Shown: piece after piece, positions 41,422 through 52,950 of the stretch | How positions within the stretch are numbered: the first letter of the stretch is position 1 | How the letters are laid out: each line of letters opens with the position of its first letter | Position numbers and translations under genes: made by a program | Notes under the pieces: generated by a model | The model's input: the letters and a program-made list of their open reading frames with translations, nothing else | What the model was told of the DNA's origin: nothing | The model's database searches: none | Source: the human T2T-CHM13v2.0 reference genome, Homo sapiens | DNA: 64,000 nucleotides | Reading direction: 5' to 3' (one strand) | Assembly: GCF_009914755.1 (NCBI RefSeq) | Contig: NC_060943.1

Positions 41422-41767
41422 TAAGCCTGATACTGTGATTGCAAATGGAGAAGATACGACATCTTCTGAAGAGGAAAAGGAAGATCGTAACACAAATGTG
41501 AATGCGATGCATCAAGTAACAGACTCTCATACTCCTTGTCATAAGGATGTTGCAAGTTCAGAACCATTCAGTGGTCAAGTGAATAGTCAGTTGAACTGTT
41601 CAGTGAATGGTTCCAGTTCTTACCACAGTGATGATGATGATGATGATGATGACGACGACGACGACAACATTGACGACGATGATGGTGATAACGACCATGA
41701 GGCTTTAGGGGTTGGAGATAATTCTATACCAACAATATATTTTTCACATACTGTTGAGCCTAAGAGG
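41422..41767 (+). CDS. URI1: URI1 coding exon 8 (346 nt; acidic region with poly-Asp)
   Basis: Acceptor ttccttgctag|T, donor AGG|gtttgt. Lies within ORF 41393..41809 (KPDTVIANGED...HTVEPKR). Confidence 0.97.
41630..41665 (+). repeat. URI1: Coding trinucleotide repeat (GAT)7(GAC)5 = 12 Asp
   Basis: Counted directly in exon 8. Confidence 0.95.
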
Positions 41768-43507
41768 GTTTGTATACTTTTAACTTTACTAATTTTGCAT
41801 ATAATTTGAACATTAAGCATTATGATATTTTTTAGAAGAGCAATATTAACAATCATTATCATTGTGGATAGTGCCAGACAGGAAAATCATCTTTTGCCTC
41901 TTGTTCTGACCAATTTAAGAAGAAAAAGGGAAAAAAAATTTAGTTAGCTGGTATTGGTCCATTGTTCTCTGAAACAATGCATTGTTTGGGGTCTGGAAGG
42001 GGATCAGATTTGAGTGGCAACTACTGTAACTTCACCTGTCCTTCATTCAGAGAGTTTTCTTAAGAATCCTGGAGTTAATTATATTGTGGACATTTTGGTG
42101 TGCTTAGGATGTTGAAAGTGACTGCATTAGTTAAATTTTTAATTATGCCAGGTTGTTTTCTATGGACATAAAATGAATACTTCATAGGCACAAAGGGAAA
42201 ATGTAGGAGGAAGTAAAAATTAGTTTCTTTTCTGACAAAGTAAATATAAACATCTGTGGATAATCATGACTTAGAATTTTGGCATTTTAGAGCTGGGGGT
42301 GACTGGAGATTTTCTAATACAGAGTTTTAAAGCTTTTCTCTAGTATGAAAAGCCTTTTGTTCCCTCCATACTTACTGTAGAATCCCAGTATTTAAAATAG
42401 ATCAAAGCAGCTTGGCTCTGATTGAAGGAAGGATAGGCTGCCTTAAGTCCATCTTTGCCCTCTCTCTGCTCCATGTACTGCTCTAAGGGGACACTGGGAA
42501 TTCGTCTAATTCGTCTTTCTCAGGGAAATTTAAGGCCTAGAAGACATAGATCTGGTTGGTAACAAAACAGGAACTCTTTCGCCTCTGAGTGCCCTTTCTA
42601 CACAATATCCCGATTGCCTGTATCAGTTAAGGGTCTGTGGTATCATTCTTAAGTGTGTGTGATTATTATTTAGTGAAATATGTTTAAAACATATTTGATA
42701 TTTCTTAGCTTCCTAAAGTTATTCCTGCTCCTATATGAAGTGAAATAATTGTTTGTGTTTTTATATTCTAATATGTCAGACTGAAGGGGTCTTCCCCTGA
42801 TTCTTCGGGAAAAGTTGACTGAGATGATTAGCCAGAAAAAAAGGTCGCTTTTTAATCTTTTGCCAGGCTTTTACTTTTTTCCTGTTTTCATTTAGATAAA
42901 ACAGAAAGAACAAATATTATTTGCAGGAACGTTACAGGTAATAGTGGTCATTATTGTGGAAAGTATGCTCTAAGTGCTGACTAGGGATAGAAAAATAACA
43001 TGTTAACCCCATGTGAACCCTGAACAGGCTTGGTTTTTATTTTTTTACTCCTTCAATTTCTAAAAATTAGAGATGTTTTAAAAATTCTAAATAGGCATTA
43101 TTTAATAGTACTTTTATGACTTAAAGGTTGTATTCTTACTGAATTTTTGTTTATACTCTTTCTTTTGAAATACATAATTCAAGCCAAACACTTATATCAA
43201 AGGAATGGGGTGATGGGAAGTTTATAAGAAATCTAGCATTTAGTTCAAATGTATTTTGCTTTCTCTACAATAATAAAGACACTGAAGACTAGGATTTGTT
43301 AATAAAGAAGATTTTCTTTAGATGTCATAGATCTATGAGATAAGGACTTTTTAAAAAATTCCATCTGATAATGCACATCATTTCAGCATCAGAAAATTTC
43401 AGCTGCCTCTCTTACTATTATTTTTTTAGTTATAGAGTTTATTTGTTTTGGTTTCACTTTGATTTAATTTGTCAAAAGATTCTTAATTTCTTGCTCTGAA
43501 ATTTTAG

Positions 43508-43650
43508 GTCCGAATAAATACTGGAAAGAATACCACTTTAAAATTCAGTGAAAAGAAAGAAGAAGCCAAACGTAAACGAAAGAACAGCACTGGCAGTGGC
43601 CACTCTGCCCAGGAGCTGCCGACCATCAGGACGCCTGCAGACATTTACAG
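43508..43650 (+). CDS. URI1: URI1 coding exon 9 (143 nt; basic NLS-like KRKRK and RxRxxS kinase motif, Ser codon at 43586)
   Basis: Acceptor attttag|GTC, donor AG|gtggga. Translation VRINTGKNTTLKFSEKKEEAKRKRKNSTG...TPADIY. RKRKNS fits the S6K1 site known for URI. Confidence 0.96.
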
Positions 43651-44231
43651 GTGGGAGGCGCTCACAGCTGCAGGGCAGTCTGCTGGGCTTGCCTCTCTTT
43701 CTGCCACTGAACCTTTACTGGAGAAAGTTGACTGTAACACAGAAGACCCTCACTGAAAAGTGAAGTGTTCTGAGGAGTTAACTTAGGATCTGATAGGCTG
43801 ACCGGCTGTAGCTTCCCAGTCCAGAGCAGTGGGAATGGAGGATTTTTTTTTTTTTTCACTTTCTCCTCTTCACCAGTGCTTTTGAAACATTTCCAAATGG
43901 TCTAGTCAGAAAATCTTGTATCTTCAGAAAGCATTTTTGTTTCCAGTGGGCTAGGTCCCTACGTTTCTACCACAGCCGTAACATGCTTGGCATGCAGTTT
44001 ACCTTTTCAGAGTAGAAATTATACTGTTGCAGGTTTTTTTTTTTTTTCCTTTTTTTTGGAATTGTTTGTTGAGAAAACTATCACTTGAAAATACCTACTG
44101 TTTTTATGACCCTTATTTATAAATCAGTGAAAATTGCTAAATGTATACGTGGGTCTAAAACTTTATGTAGAATTTTGGCAAACCATGCTATTGCCACCTA
44201 GGACATGCTTAAAAATAACATGCTGTGTTTT

Positions 44232-44470
44232 TGTTCTCACTCATAGGTGGGAATTGAACAATGAGAACACTTGGACACAGGGTGGGGAACACCACACACC
44301 GGGGTCTGTCATGGGGTGGGGGGAGGGGGGAAGGATAGCATTAGGAGATACACCTAATGTAAATGATGAGTTAATGGGTGCAGCACACCAACATGGCACA
44401 TGTATACATATGTAACAAACCTGCACGTTGTGCACATGTACCCTAGAACTTAAAGTATAATAAAATAAAT
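44232..44470 (+). mobile_element. 5'-truncated primate L1PA (3'UTR only, about 240 bp) with 19 bp TSD
   Basis: gttctcactcataggtgggaattgaacaatgag...aacttaaagtataataaaa. TSD aaataacatgctgtgtttt at 44213-44231 and 44471-44489. Confidence 0.95.
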
Positions 44471-44698
44471 AAATAACATGCTGTGTTTTATTATTAGGCC
44501 AGAGAAATAGCTTTCAAAATAGTATGAAGATACCATTTGAGGCTATAAAATTATTGTGATTGTGACTATTTTAGATATAAGATTGTAATAAAAATTTTCA
44601 GATTAATTTCTAGAATAGATTCAAGGAAATTTTCAAAAAGTTGTTCTCAGTTTTATGAGTTACGTATAGTGAATGCATATGTGTTTTGAATATCACAG

Positions 44699-44945
44699 AG
44701 CCTTTGTTGATGTTGTGAATGGAGAATATGTCCCTCGCAAATCCATCCTGAAGTCTCGAAGTAGAGAGAATAGTGTGTGTAGCGACACTAGTGAAAGCAG
44801 TGCTGCTGAATTTGATGATAGGCGGGGAGTTTTGAGGAGTATCAGCTGCGAAGAAGCCACTTGCAGTGACACCAGTGAGAGCATTTTGGAAGAGGAACCA
44901 CAAGAAAATCAAAAGAAACTTTTGCCCTTATCAGTAACACCTGAG
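44699..44945 (+). CDS. URI1: URI1 coding exon 10 (247 nt; AFVDVVNGEYVPRKSILK...LSVTPE)
   Basis: Acceptor tatcacag|A, donor GAG|gtgtgt. Lies within ORF 44673..44966; phase matches exon 9 (AG+A = R). Confidence 0.96.
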
Positions 44946-47300
44946 GTGTGTGTGTGTATCTTTTAATTCTTTATTTCATATAGTATCTTTGACCAGTTTT
45001 AGCTATTTAATCTGAAAAGTCATAAGATTAAATTAATTCTAGGTTTTATACTTTCTTGGTACTAATTAATAAAAAATTAATAGTCACAAACAGTACAAAT
45101 ATTGTGATAATCAAATAGTTTATTTTTTGATAAACACATTACTTGTCTTAACGTTCTATTTCAGCAAAATGGGAAATTTAAAATGTCTTACTTGGCATTA
45201 TGTATTACATTTGTAGCTAGGAAATTATTTCGCAGTTTATTTTAAATAAATTACCAGTAGGTCATTTTCTGATAGTGTAAGGAGCAGATTACATTATTCT
45301 CTTTTAAATACCTTGGCTAAGTTAAAGAAAAATAATGCATGCATAGCAGATAATTACCTAAAGTCTAATATTTTACCTTGTACCAGTGAAACTTAACTCT
45401 TGGGGGATTATGGAATTGTTTTATAATCTGATGAAAGCTGTAGACCCTGTCCATAGAAAAAATAGTGCACACTCAATACACTTTCACCCACCACACTTCT
45501 TACAGTTTTTGGTGGTGGTGCAGGGGAGGTTAGGAAATCCCCAAATAAGGATGTCTGTGAAATATAAGGCTATTGATTTCTTCATTCTTGTGTTTTGGTG
45601 CGTATTTGAAGTTTTCAATTTAAAAAGTATTTAGGAAGATTGGGGAACCCATGCCTGGATCAAACCAGTGTACACATTTGTATATACAATAAGATACATG
45701 CATATATATAACCTTATCTAAAAATTCCATTGCTTTTACTAAATGGTATTATACTCAGTGTATTAAATGGTAATTGGGGATGGAGATTGGTAGCATTTAG
45801 GGACAGTACATATGACTAGAATGTTTTCTTCCCCTCTTCTTAGTATAATGATCTTAGGTGACCTGGAAAGTATCTTACCTTATTTGATAGTCTTCCATAC
45901 TGTTAGAAAACAGGTAATGGATGTTATCAGGTAATTGCTGATAAATGTTTGAAAATTAGTTTTTTGTAAGGACTTAGTGTATCATGGTACAGCTAGAGTG
46001 TGGAACCTATTTTTTATTTCACCCTTAGTAGCTTTGCATTTTGTATGGAAATGTTTAATAGTAGTTGCTATACATTTTTTAACATCAAAGAAATAGTTCA
46101 TGATTATGGTAAGTACTTTGGAAGATATCCTTTTCAGTATCTTTTTAAATGCTAAAATACCTCTTTTTCAAAGGCATTTTAAATAGAAGAAGGAGAAGAA
46201 GGCTCTATGCTCATCGTGATAAAGTGGAGTTTTTAGGAAAGTAAGCTTTAAGCTGCTTTTACCAGTTGAACTCCAAAAATAATGTAGGAGAGAGATGGCT
46301 TTCTTTGTTTTTGTTTCAGTGGCGGGGCAAGGTAGAAGAAGGTGGCTTTTTAAATTATTTAGGTGTTACGTTGTTTTAACTAATTTTGAGCACTTGGTAG
46401 ACAGAGGAGAACAAAATGTACATTAAAGTTCACCTGTCAAATTTTCATTTGTAGAGGGAAGGATGGAGGTTCTAAATACCAGCAATCTTAAAAAAAAAAA
46501 AAAAATTAACTCCTTGTGTCTTACCTATTTTTGTATAAAACGACATGTACAGATATTTCCAGCAATTTATGCACATTCTTTAATTCTGTTCCAGTTGAAC
46601 ATATAGTTGACCAGATTAAATGCAGCAAACATCCAGGTGAAATTGAGTCATTTCTTTTTTTGTGGAACTTCTGATTTCTGTCATTGAGTTAATTATATTA
46701 AAATTTTGAAACCTGTACTTATTCCTACTAGTATCAGCACTTTTATTTTTCAACTTCCACTGATCTTTTAAAATTGAGGCAATATGCAGTAAAATATTTA
46801 AATAATTGCATAAACACCACCAAAGAGATATCAGTTAGAAATGTCAGTACTGGTGAAACTAAGCTATTGGCTAGCAGGCAGCAAGGCCATCATAGGATAG
46901 CTCATTCATCAACTGATGTACAAAAGTCAGAGTTTGACACCCTAATAGCATTTTTATTTTAATACATTATTTTTCACAGCATGGGCTGGACATGAATGGA
47001 ATGTATGAAAGTTTGAAGACCTTTTATTTATCCATTTCTTTTTTTTCCCAGATAAAATTTACATTTTACATTTTGTTTTCTTGCATGTATACTGTAAAAA
47101 TTACTTCTGTTTGGTGGTGAAATTAAAACTTAATGGTGTTGGTTTCTCTGAACAATTAGTATTTTGGTGTAGTAGTGTTGTCTAGCCAAAAATCTCGTGA
47201 ATTTACTTTTAATGAAAAGAATTGCCAAATGAGTGAATGGGAAGATTTTGTGGGTGTCTTATTTGCATTTTATTACCATAACCTGACTTTTGTTTTCTAG

Positions 47301-47483
47301 GCTTTTTCTGGAACTGTTATAGAAAAAGAATTTGTATCACCTTCCTTAACACCACCCCCAGCCATTGCTCATCCCGCACTACCCACTATTCCAGAACGAA
47401 AGGAAGTTCTGTTGGAAGCATCTGAAGAAACTGGAAAGAGGGTTTCAAAGTTTAAAGCTGCCAGATTGCAACAGAAAGACTAG
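47301..47483 (+). CDS. URI1: URI1 terminal coding exon 11 (60 codons + TAG; C-terminal URI box RVSKFKAAR)
   Basis: Acceptor ttttgttttctag|GCT. Translation AFSGTVIEKE...GKRVSKFKAARLQQKD*, stop at 47481-47483. Confidence 0.97.
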   Translation, partial: AFSGTVIEKEFVSPSLTPPPAIAHPALPTIPERKEVLLEASEETGKRVSKFKAARLQQKD

Positions 47484-48307
47484 GCCCTGTCTAGGAAATG
47501 GGAATTTACATCCTAAAACCTAGTTGTTCATTTGTTTAGAGTATCTATAGCAAAATAGGTTACATGTAGTTTGAAATAAGGTATCCTGAGTTACTTTGGC
47601 AACAAGTTCTTTTACCCTTACCCGTGGTATTTGAAAAAAATCAAGGTAACTGTCTGAATACTTTAATATCAGCTTGTTTTGTGAATTCTCTGAATACTGT
47701 CAACACTCTTATCTAAGTTTGCCTTTATGATGCAGTGGCAGCATTTTGAATTACTTTTCAAAGAATACTGTTCATATGCATTGTTTTTGTGTTTCAAACT
47801 AAATACAGGCAGTTTTGTGCCAGCTGTGATATTGTGCATACCATATGGACCATTTTAAAGAAAATTTTAAAATTTCAAATAGATTCAACAATTACATTAC
47901 TTGCTTTCACATTTTAAAGGCACTTTAAAAAAATCTACTTCTCTTGTAGGTTTTGCGGCTAGTTGGCTATTCAAGAAACCTCGCCCCTCTGAATGTCATA
48001 CTGTAATCTTTAAGGAAGAAAGCTACATGAATTAATTGTACTCTATGGGAAAATTTCTTTGGAAAGATATTTTGTAAAACTTTTTTTTCCAAGTAAAAAC
48101 TTTATGAAACTTGGTCTCAAAAATGTTGTGAACTTTATGATTCAAAATTGAGTACAGATATGTCCTTGATTCATATGTATGCTACATGTATCACACAACA
48201 GATCTGGAATTCTTTCAGTTCCTCAGATACTTCTCCCTTAGTTTTTGCAGTTTCACTGGGATTATGTTTTGGGAAACAAGGAAAGGTCTAGATGCTTAAA
48301 CATTTTA

Positions 48308-48415
48308 AATAAAAATTCCTTACAGTTTCATCTTCCCAACATTTTCATTCTTTAAGGCTACTTTCCTACTAACTGAAATAACACATTTACTTTTACCACA
48401 ATTCCTCAAAATAAA
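48308..48415 (+). terminator. Candidate proximal polyadenylation signals (AATAAA at 48308-48313 and 48410-48415)
   Basis: Two canonical hexamers in the 3'UTR. Usage cannot be judged from sequence. Confidence 0.4.
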
Positions 48416-49000
48416 TTTATTCTAACATTGAAAATAACATTACAAGTTAATCATTAGCTTGATGCATGCTAAAATGTAGCTTTTAAAAAGCATTCTGCAT
48501 TAGTACTAAAATAAGCCATCAATGCCAGTCCACCCTCTCTATTCATGGCTAAATATTTAAAGGTTATTTATAGCTTCTTTAATGAATTCTTCTTAAACAA
48601 AGTGAAATTATGTCCTAGAAAAGTAGAAGCTATTCGTAACTAGAGCAGTGCAACTTTAAAGTTTTATGAATATGTATTTTAATGACAAGGGGGCGAGCTT
48701 GCATCCCCACTAGTTAATGGATAATTCAAACCGAGGACTGATTTTGAAAGATCACCTAAAAATGTAGATTTGTTCTTTAGTAAATTTAGATCAACTATGC
48801 ATATATTTTGTAGGTAAATCTTTCAGTCCATGCCCCAACCCTCACCAAAACCAAAGCAGAAATTACACACACAAAGATGCTCCCGTTAGGAATTGCTATT
48901 CACATGAGGCTTTCTGTGCTAGATTTTTTTCTCAGAAACAAACTTTACTGTAGGACTATTGTGGTGTTCTTAACAGATTTGTAATTTCAAGATGCGTGTC

Positions 49001-49006
49001 ATTAAA
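49001..49006 (+). terminator. Candidate distal polyadenylation signal ATTAAA
   Basis: ATTAAA followed by CA dinucleotides near 49021-49024 and a downstream T/GT-rich stretch. Confidence 0.55.
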
Positions 49007-49319
49007 TAATTTTTCATGTTCACAGACTTGATTTTGAGCCTGTCTATGTTACATCTTTCAGATAGGTTTTCCCTCATAGAACAAGATGGTAGTAGAAGCA
49101 GATAAAGTGTTTGATAACACATTTTTGCGTGTTCTGCTCTGGAGACCATGAAATAGTGTTGCCCCATTTCATAGCTTCAGTCTTATAACAGAGTATTAAA
49201 TTGTAATTTAAAATTATAGCTTTTTTATATTAAAGTTTGGGACAAAATGAAGCTGTCTTACCTGTTCTGTTTTAAACCATTATAAAACAGAACAGCAGAC
49301 CAAGAGATTCTCTTTTAAA

Positions 49320-50950
49320 CTTTCTATTTTGAAATATAATAACTTTAGTCTTTCAGAAAATTGCACTAAATAGTACCAAGAGTTCCCATATACCCTCATT
49401 TCATTCAGCCTCCCTCAATATTGTAATATAGAACCGTAATATAATTATCCAAATCAGGAAATTTATGTTGGTGCAATAGCGTTAGACCTAAATTACAGAT
49501 CTTACTTGAATTTCACCAACTTTTCCACCAAATTTTCCATTAGAAAAAGAACTAGTGTTCTTCTGTTCCTCACATCTTGTCTATGACCCTATCTTGCATT
49601 TATTTGTTACTTACTGCTCCTTAGTCTTTCCTCCAATCTCAGACAGTTCCTCAGTTTGTCTTTCATAACTGATACTTTTGAAGAGTACTGGTGGGATATT
49701 TTGAGGATGTTCCTCAGTTTGGATTTATTTGATGTACTCAGATGCCTTGAGGTTTTGCAATTTTGAAGAGAATACCACAGAAAATGCATCATATCAAGAG
49801 GTGCATTCTAGTGTGTCATTTCAAGTTCCTTATTTTGGTGTATCAGTCTTAATCACTTGGTTAAGGTGGTGTCTGCCAGGTATCTCCACTGCAAAATTAC
49901 TGTTTCCCTTTGTAGTTAATATCTTGGGAGAGATACATGAGACATGAAAATTCTTTTCTCCTCCAACTTATGCTAAGTTTTGCATTCATTAGTGGATCTT
50001 GTCTGTAACAGTTACCGCTGTGGTGTTTGCCTAAAGGTGATTTTCTGTTTTGCTCTTTTGCACATTTATTTCTTGAAATTCTTTTATAATAACAAGCTTT
50101 GCCTCCATACCTCTCTCTCCAAGTTTATTTGATTATTTATATCTGTGGACACCTGGATATTTTATTATATGGGTTAAAATTCATTACTTACTATCATTGT
50201 TTTGTTGCTCAAATTCTTCTGCATTTGCCCATTAGGAACTCCTTTGAGTTAACTCCTAGGTTCTTTAACAAGTTCCCATATTTTTTTGAACACTTTCTTA
50301 CTGGCACCACAGAATACTACAGGACCATCTATTTTTCCTCTCCCAGCCCTGGAAACAACCACTTCAAGGAACCCTGGTTCCTTTAATTGGAAAATGGTAT
50401 TTAGAAACCAACATTTGTTCATTTAAGTATACTAATTGCCAATAGGGTGTCATTGCCTCTTGGGCCTTTCAGGAGATACAGCTGGGAAATACATGTATGT
50501 GTATTAATGAATATACATTTATGTGTCTGCTTATTAAAAACTCATGAGTTTTGTACTGATACTTCTGATTCTAATTTAACACCACAGGATTAATTTCTGG
50601 TTTTCCTTATTTGTTATTTTTTCCAATATGGGTAACCTGCCTCTTGTCTGCAGTGTATTTACTTACTGTTTTTTTGTTGTTGTGTCAGTGTAATATACAT
50701 GTAGTTTCAGAAGAGCTAATTCATACCCTAGGAGAAACACATTAACTACATTGCACTGTTCTGCAATTCTTTTTGGGTTTTGCCTCATATATCAGTCAAG
50801 AAACAGTTTTTCAAAGTTACTGACGTTCTTTTCTTTCCCACCCTCTCTGATCTGTGGACTGATTTGTACTCTTGGTCCATTTTTTACTGTTTGAGCGTTC
50901 TCTCCACAGCCTGGTTGATTTTAATGGTTTATTTTTTCAGTATGTGAAAC
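49320..50950 (-). mobile_element. Old L1 (L1MC-like) 3' region
   Basis: ttttgaaatataat...agagttcccatataccc start and T-rich L1 3'UTR character. Boundaries approximate. Confidence 0.55.
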
Positions 50951-51208
50951 GTGGTTTTCAGAGTGTGAGCTTTGTAAAAGGATATACATGGAGAAGTGTT
51001 GTTCGTACCTCATTCCTACCACCCCATTCCCGTTCCCAGCTGCTTTCTCTCACTTTCCCACCTGCCCATAGTAAGTAAGCTCTAGTTTCTTGTTTAGCCT
51101 TTCTATGTCTCTTTTGCACAAATCCCCACCTACCTACTATAAAGAACCAATATTTTTAGCTTCTGGTTTAACTTTTCTATATTCTATACTGATAGCAAAT
51201 ACATGTAT

Positions 51209-51538
51209 ATTTTCTTTTTCCTTTTTTTCTTTTCTTTTTTCTTTTTTTTTTTGAGACAGGGTTACTTTTGCCCAGGCTCAAGTGCAGTGGTGCAATCTCG
51301 GCTCACTGCAACCTCTGCCTCCTGCGTTCAGGTGATTCTCATGCCTCAACCTCCTGAGCAGCTGGGACTACAGGTACGTGCCACCATGCGCAGGTAATTT
51401 TTTTTTTTTTGTATGTTTTGGTAGAGACAGGGTTTTGCATCTTGGTCAGGTTGGTCTAGAACGCCTGACCTCAAGTGATCTACCTCCCTCAGCCTCCCAA
51501 AGTGCTGGAATTACAGGCGTGAGCCACTGTGCCCGGCC
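51209..51538 (-). mobile_element. Alu SINE
   Basis: T-rich tail plus Alu body. Confidence 0.92.
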
Positions 51539-51948
51539 AATTTTCTTACATGCATTTATTTCTTACATGAAGAAAGACATTGTCCATTGCACTTTAATTT
51601 TTTCAGTTAATATTATGCCCTTGCGATCCCTCTGTATCAGTTTTTCTGCCTTCTTTTTTTTTTTTTTTAAACAGCTATAGTACTCCGTTGTATAGATGGT
51701 ACATCATTTGTTCAGCCACTTTCCTAGGTATGGGCGTTTAGGTTGTTTGTGATGTTTGGCAATTACATATAATGATGCAATGAATAACTTTATATATGTA
51801 TTTTTGTATCATTAGAGGTATATCTTCAGGGTAGATTTCTAGGAGTAGGACTGTTGGGCCATATGAACACTTACTTTGATTTCTTTAAAACATAGTAAAA
51901 TCTGTTTTGAAGTATATTTGTTTTGTTCCCTTATTGAGGACATAGTGG

Positions 51949-52248
51949 TTTTTTTTGTTTGTTTGTTTGAGACGGAGTCTCGCTCTGTCGCCCAGGCTGG
52001 AGCGCAGTGGCCCGATCTCGACTCACTGCAAGCTCTGCCTCCTGGTTCACGCCATTCTCCTGCCTCAGCCTCCCGAGTAGCTGGCACTATAGGCACCTGC
52101 TACCACGCCCGGCTAATTTTTTGTATTTTTAGTAGAGACGGGGTTTCACTGTGTTAGCCAGGATGGTCTTGATCTCCTGACCTCATGATCCACCCGCCTC
52201 GGCCTCCCAAAGTGCTGGGTTTACAGGTGTGTGCCACCACGCCTGGCC
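51949..52248 (-). mobile_element. AluY-like SINE with TSD gaggacatagt
   Basis: AluY-type features. TSD at 51936-51946 and 52250-52260. Confidence 0.94.
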
Positions 52249-52754
52249 CGAGGACATAGTTTTAACATATACGTATGTCTGCATATCATTGATGATTTTT
52301 TAGAATGATTCTGGGGCAGTATGGTATCTTAAAGGGGTTTCAGAATCATTAAAAACATTGTGTTACATAATGATTATGTTCATTTTACTAAAATGTGATT
52401 TTTTTAAAATTGGTCATGCATATTTAAGAGCTTTCCATTCATTGAAATAATTCCTAATTTGTGAAATGCAGGTGTCTATTTTACAGATTTGTCTCCTCCA
52501 TAAGAAACAGGTTTTCAAGGGTAAAACTGATCTTTATCTATCTGTTCTTTAGGTGGTGGCATGTAGGCTGTCAAGCAAAGGCCTATTAAGTGAATTCCTC
52601 AGTTAAAATAAATATGATTTATATATTTAATTGGTCAGTATTAAATTTTTACATTTTAAAATAATTTAAATTTCATTTTAGAAGAATATCATTTAGGATT
52701 AAAGAATGTTTTTGCAGTTCCCTTAACCAATAAGTCACAAAGAGTTAAATATTT

Positions 52755-52950
52755 TTTTTAGCACTTACTATGTGTCATGCATTTTTAGCACACTTGGTGT
52801 GGATTATCTCATTTAATTGCTCACAGCATCCCAGTGAGGTAGGCACTATTGTTTTATCCTTCACCCTCATCCTAAGACAGAGACTAACATTTTAAGCCAC
52901 ACAACTGTTAAGTAGGTTACACTCAGGCAGCTTTGCTCCAGAACCAGCAC
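52755..52950 (-). mobile_element. MIR SINE (degenerate)
   Basis: agcacttactatgtgtca...attatctcatttaat...gtgaggtaggcactatt motifs. Confidence 0.65.

Larger units (their letters stand above)
47484..49025 (+). other. URI1: URI1 3'UTR (end approximate)
   Basis: Repeat-free AT-rich sequence after the stop codon, ending near ATTAAA at 49001. L1-derived sequence starts at about 49320. Confidence 0.65.

Noticed and set aside
41620-41862. Minus-strand ORF with poly-Ser
   Set aside because: It is the antisense reading of the GAT/GAC Asp repeat in exon 8.
44610-44912. Two antisense ORFs over exon 10
   Set aside because: Shadow ORFs of coding sequence with no independent signals.
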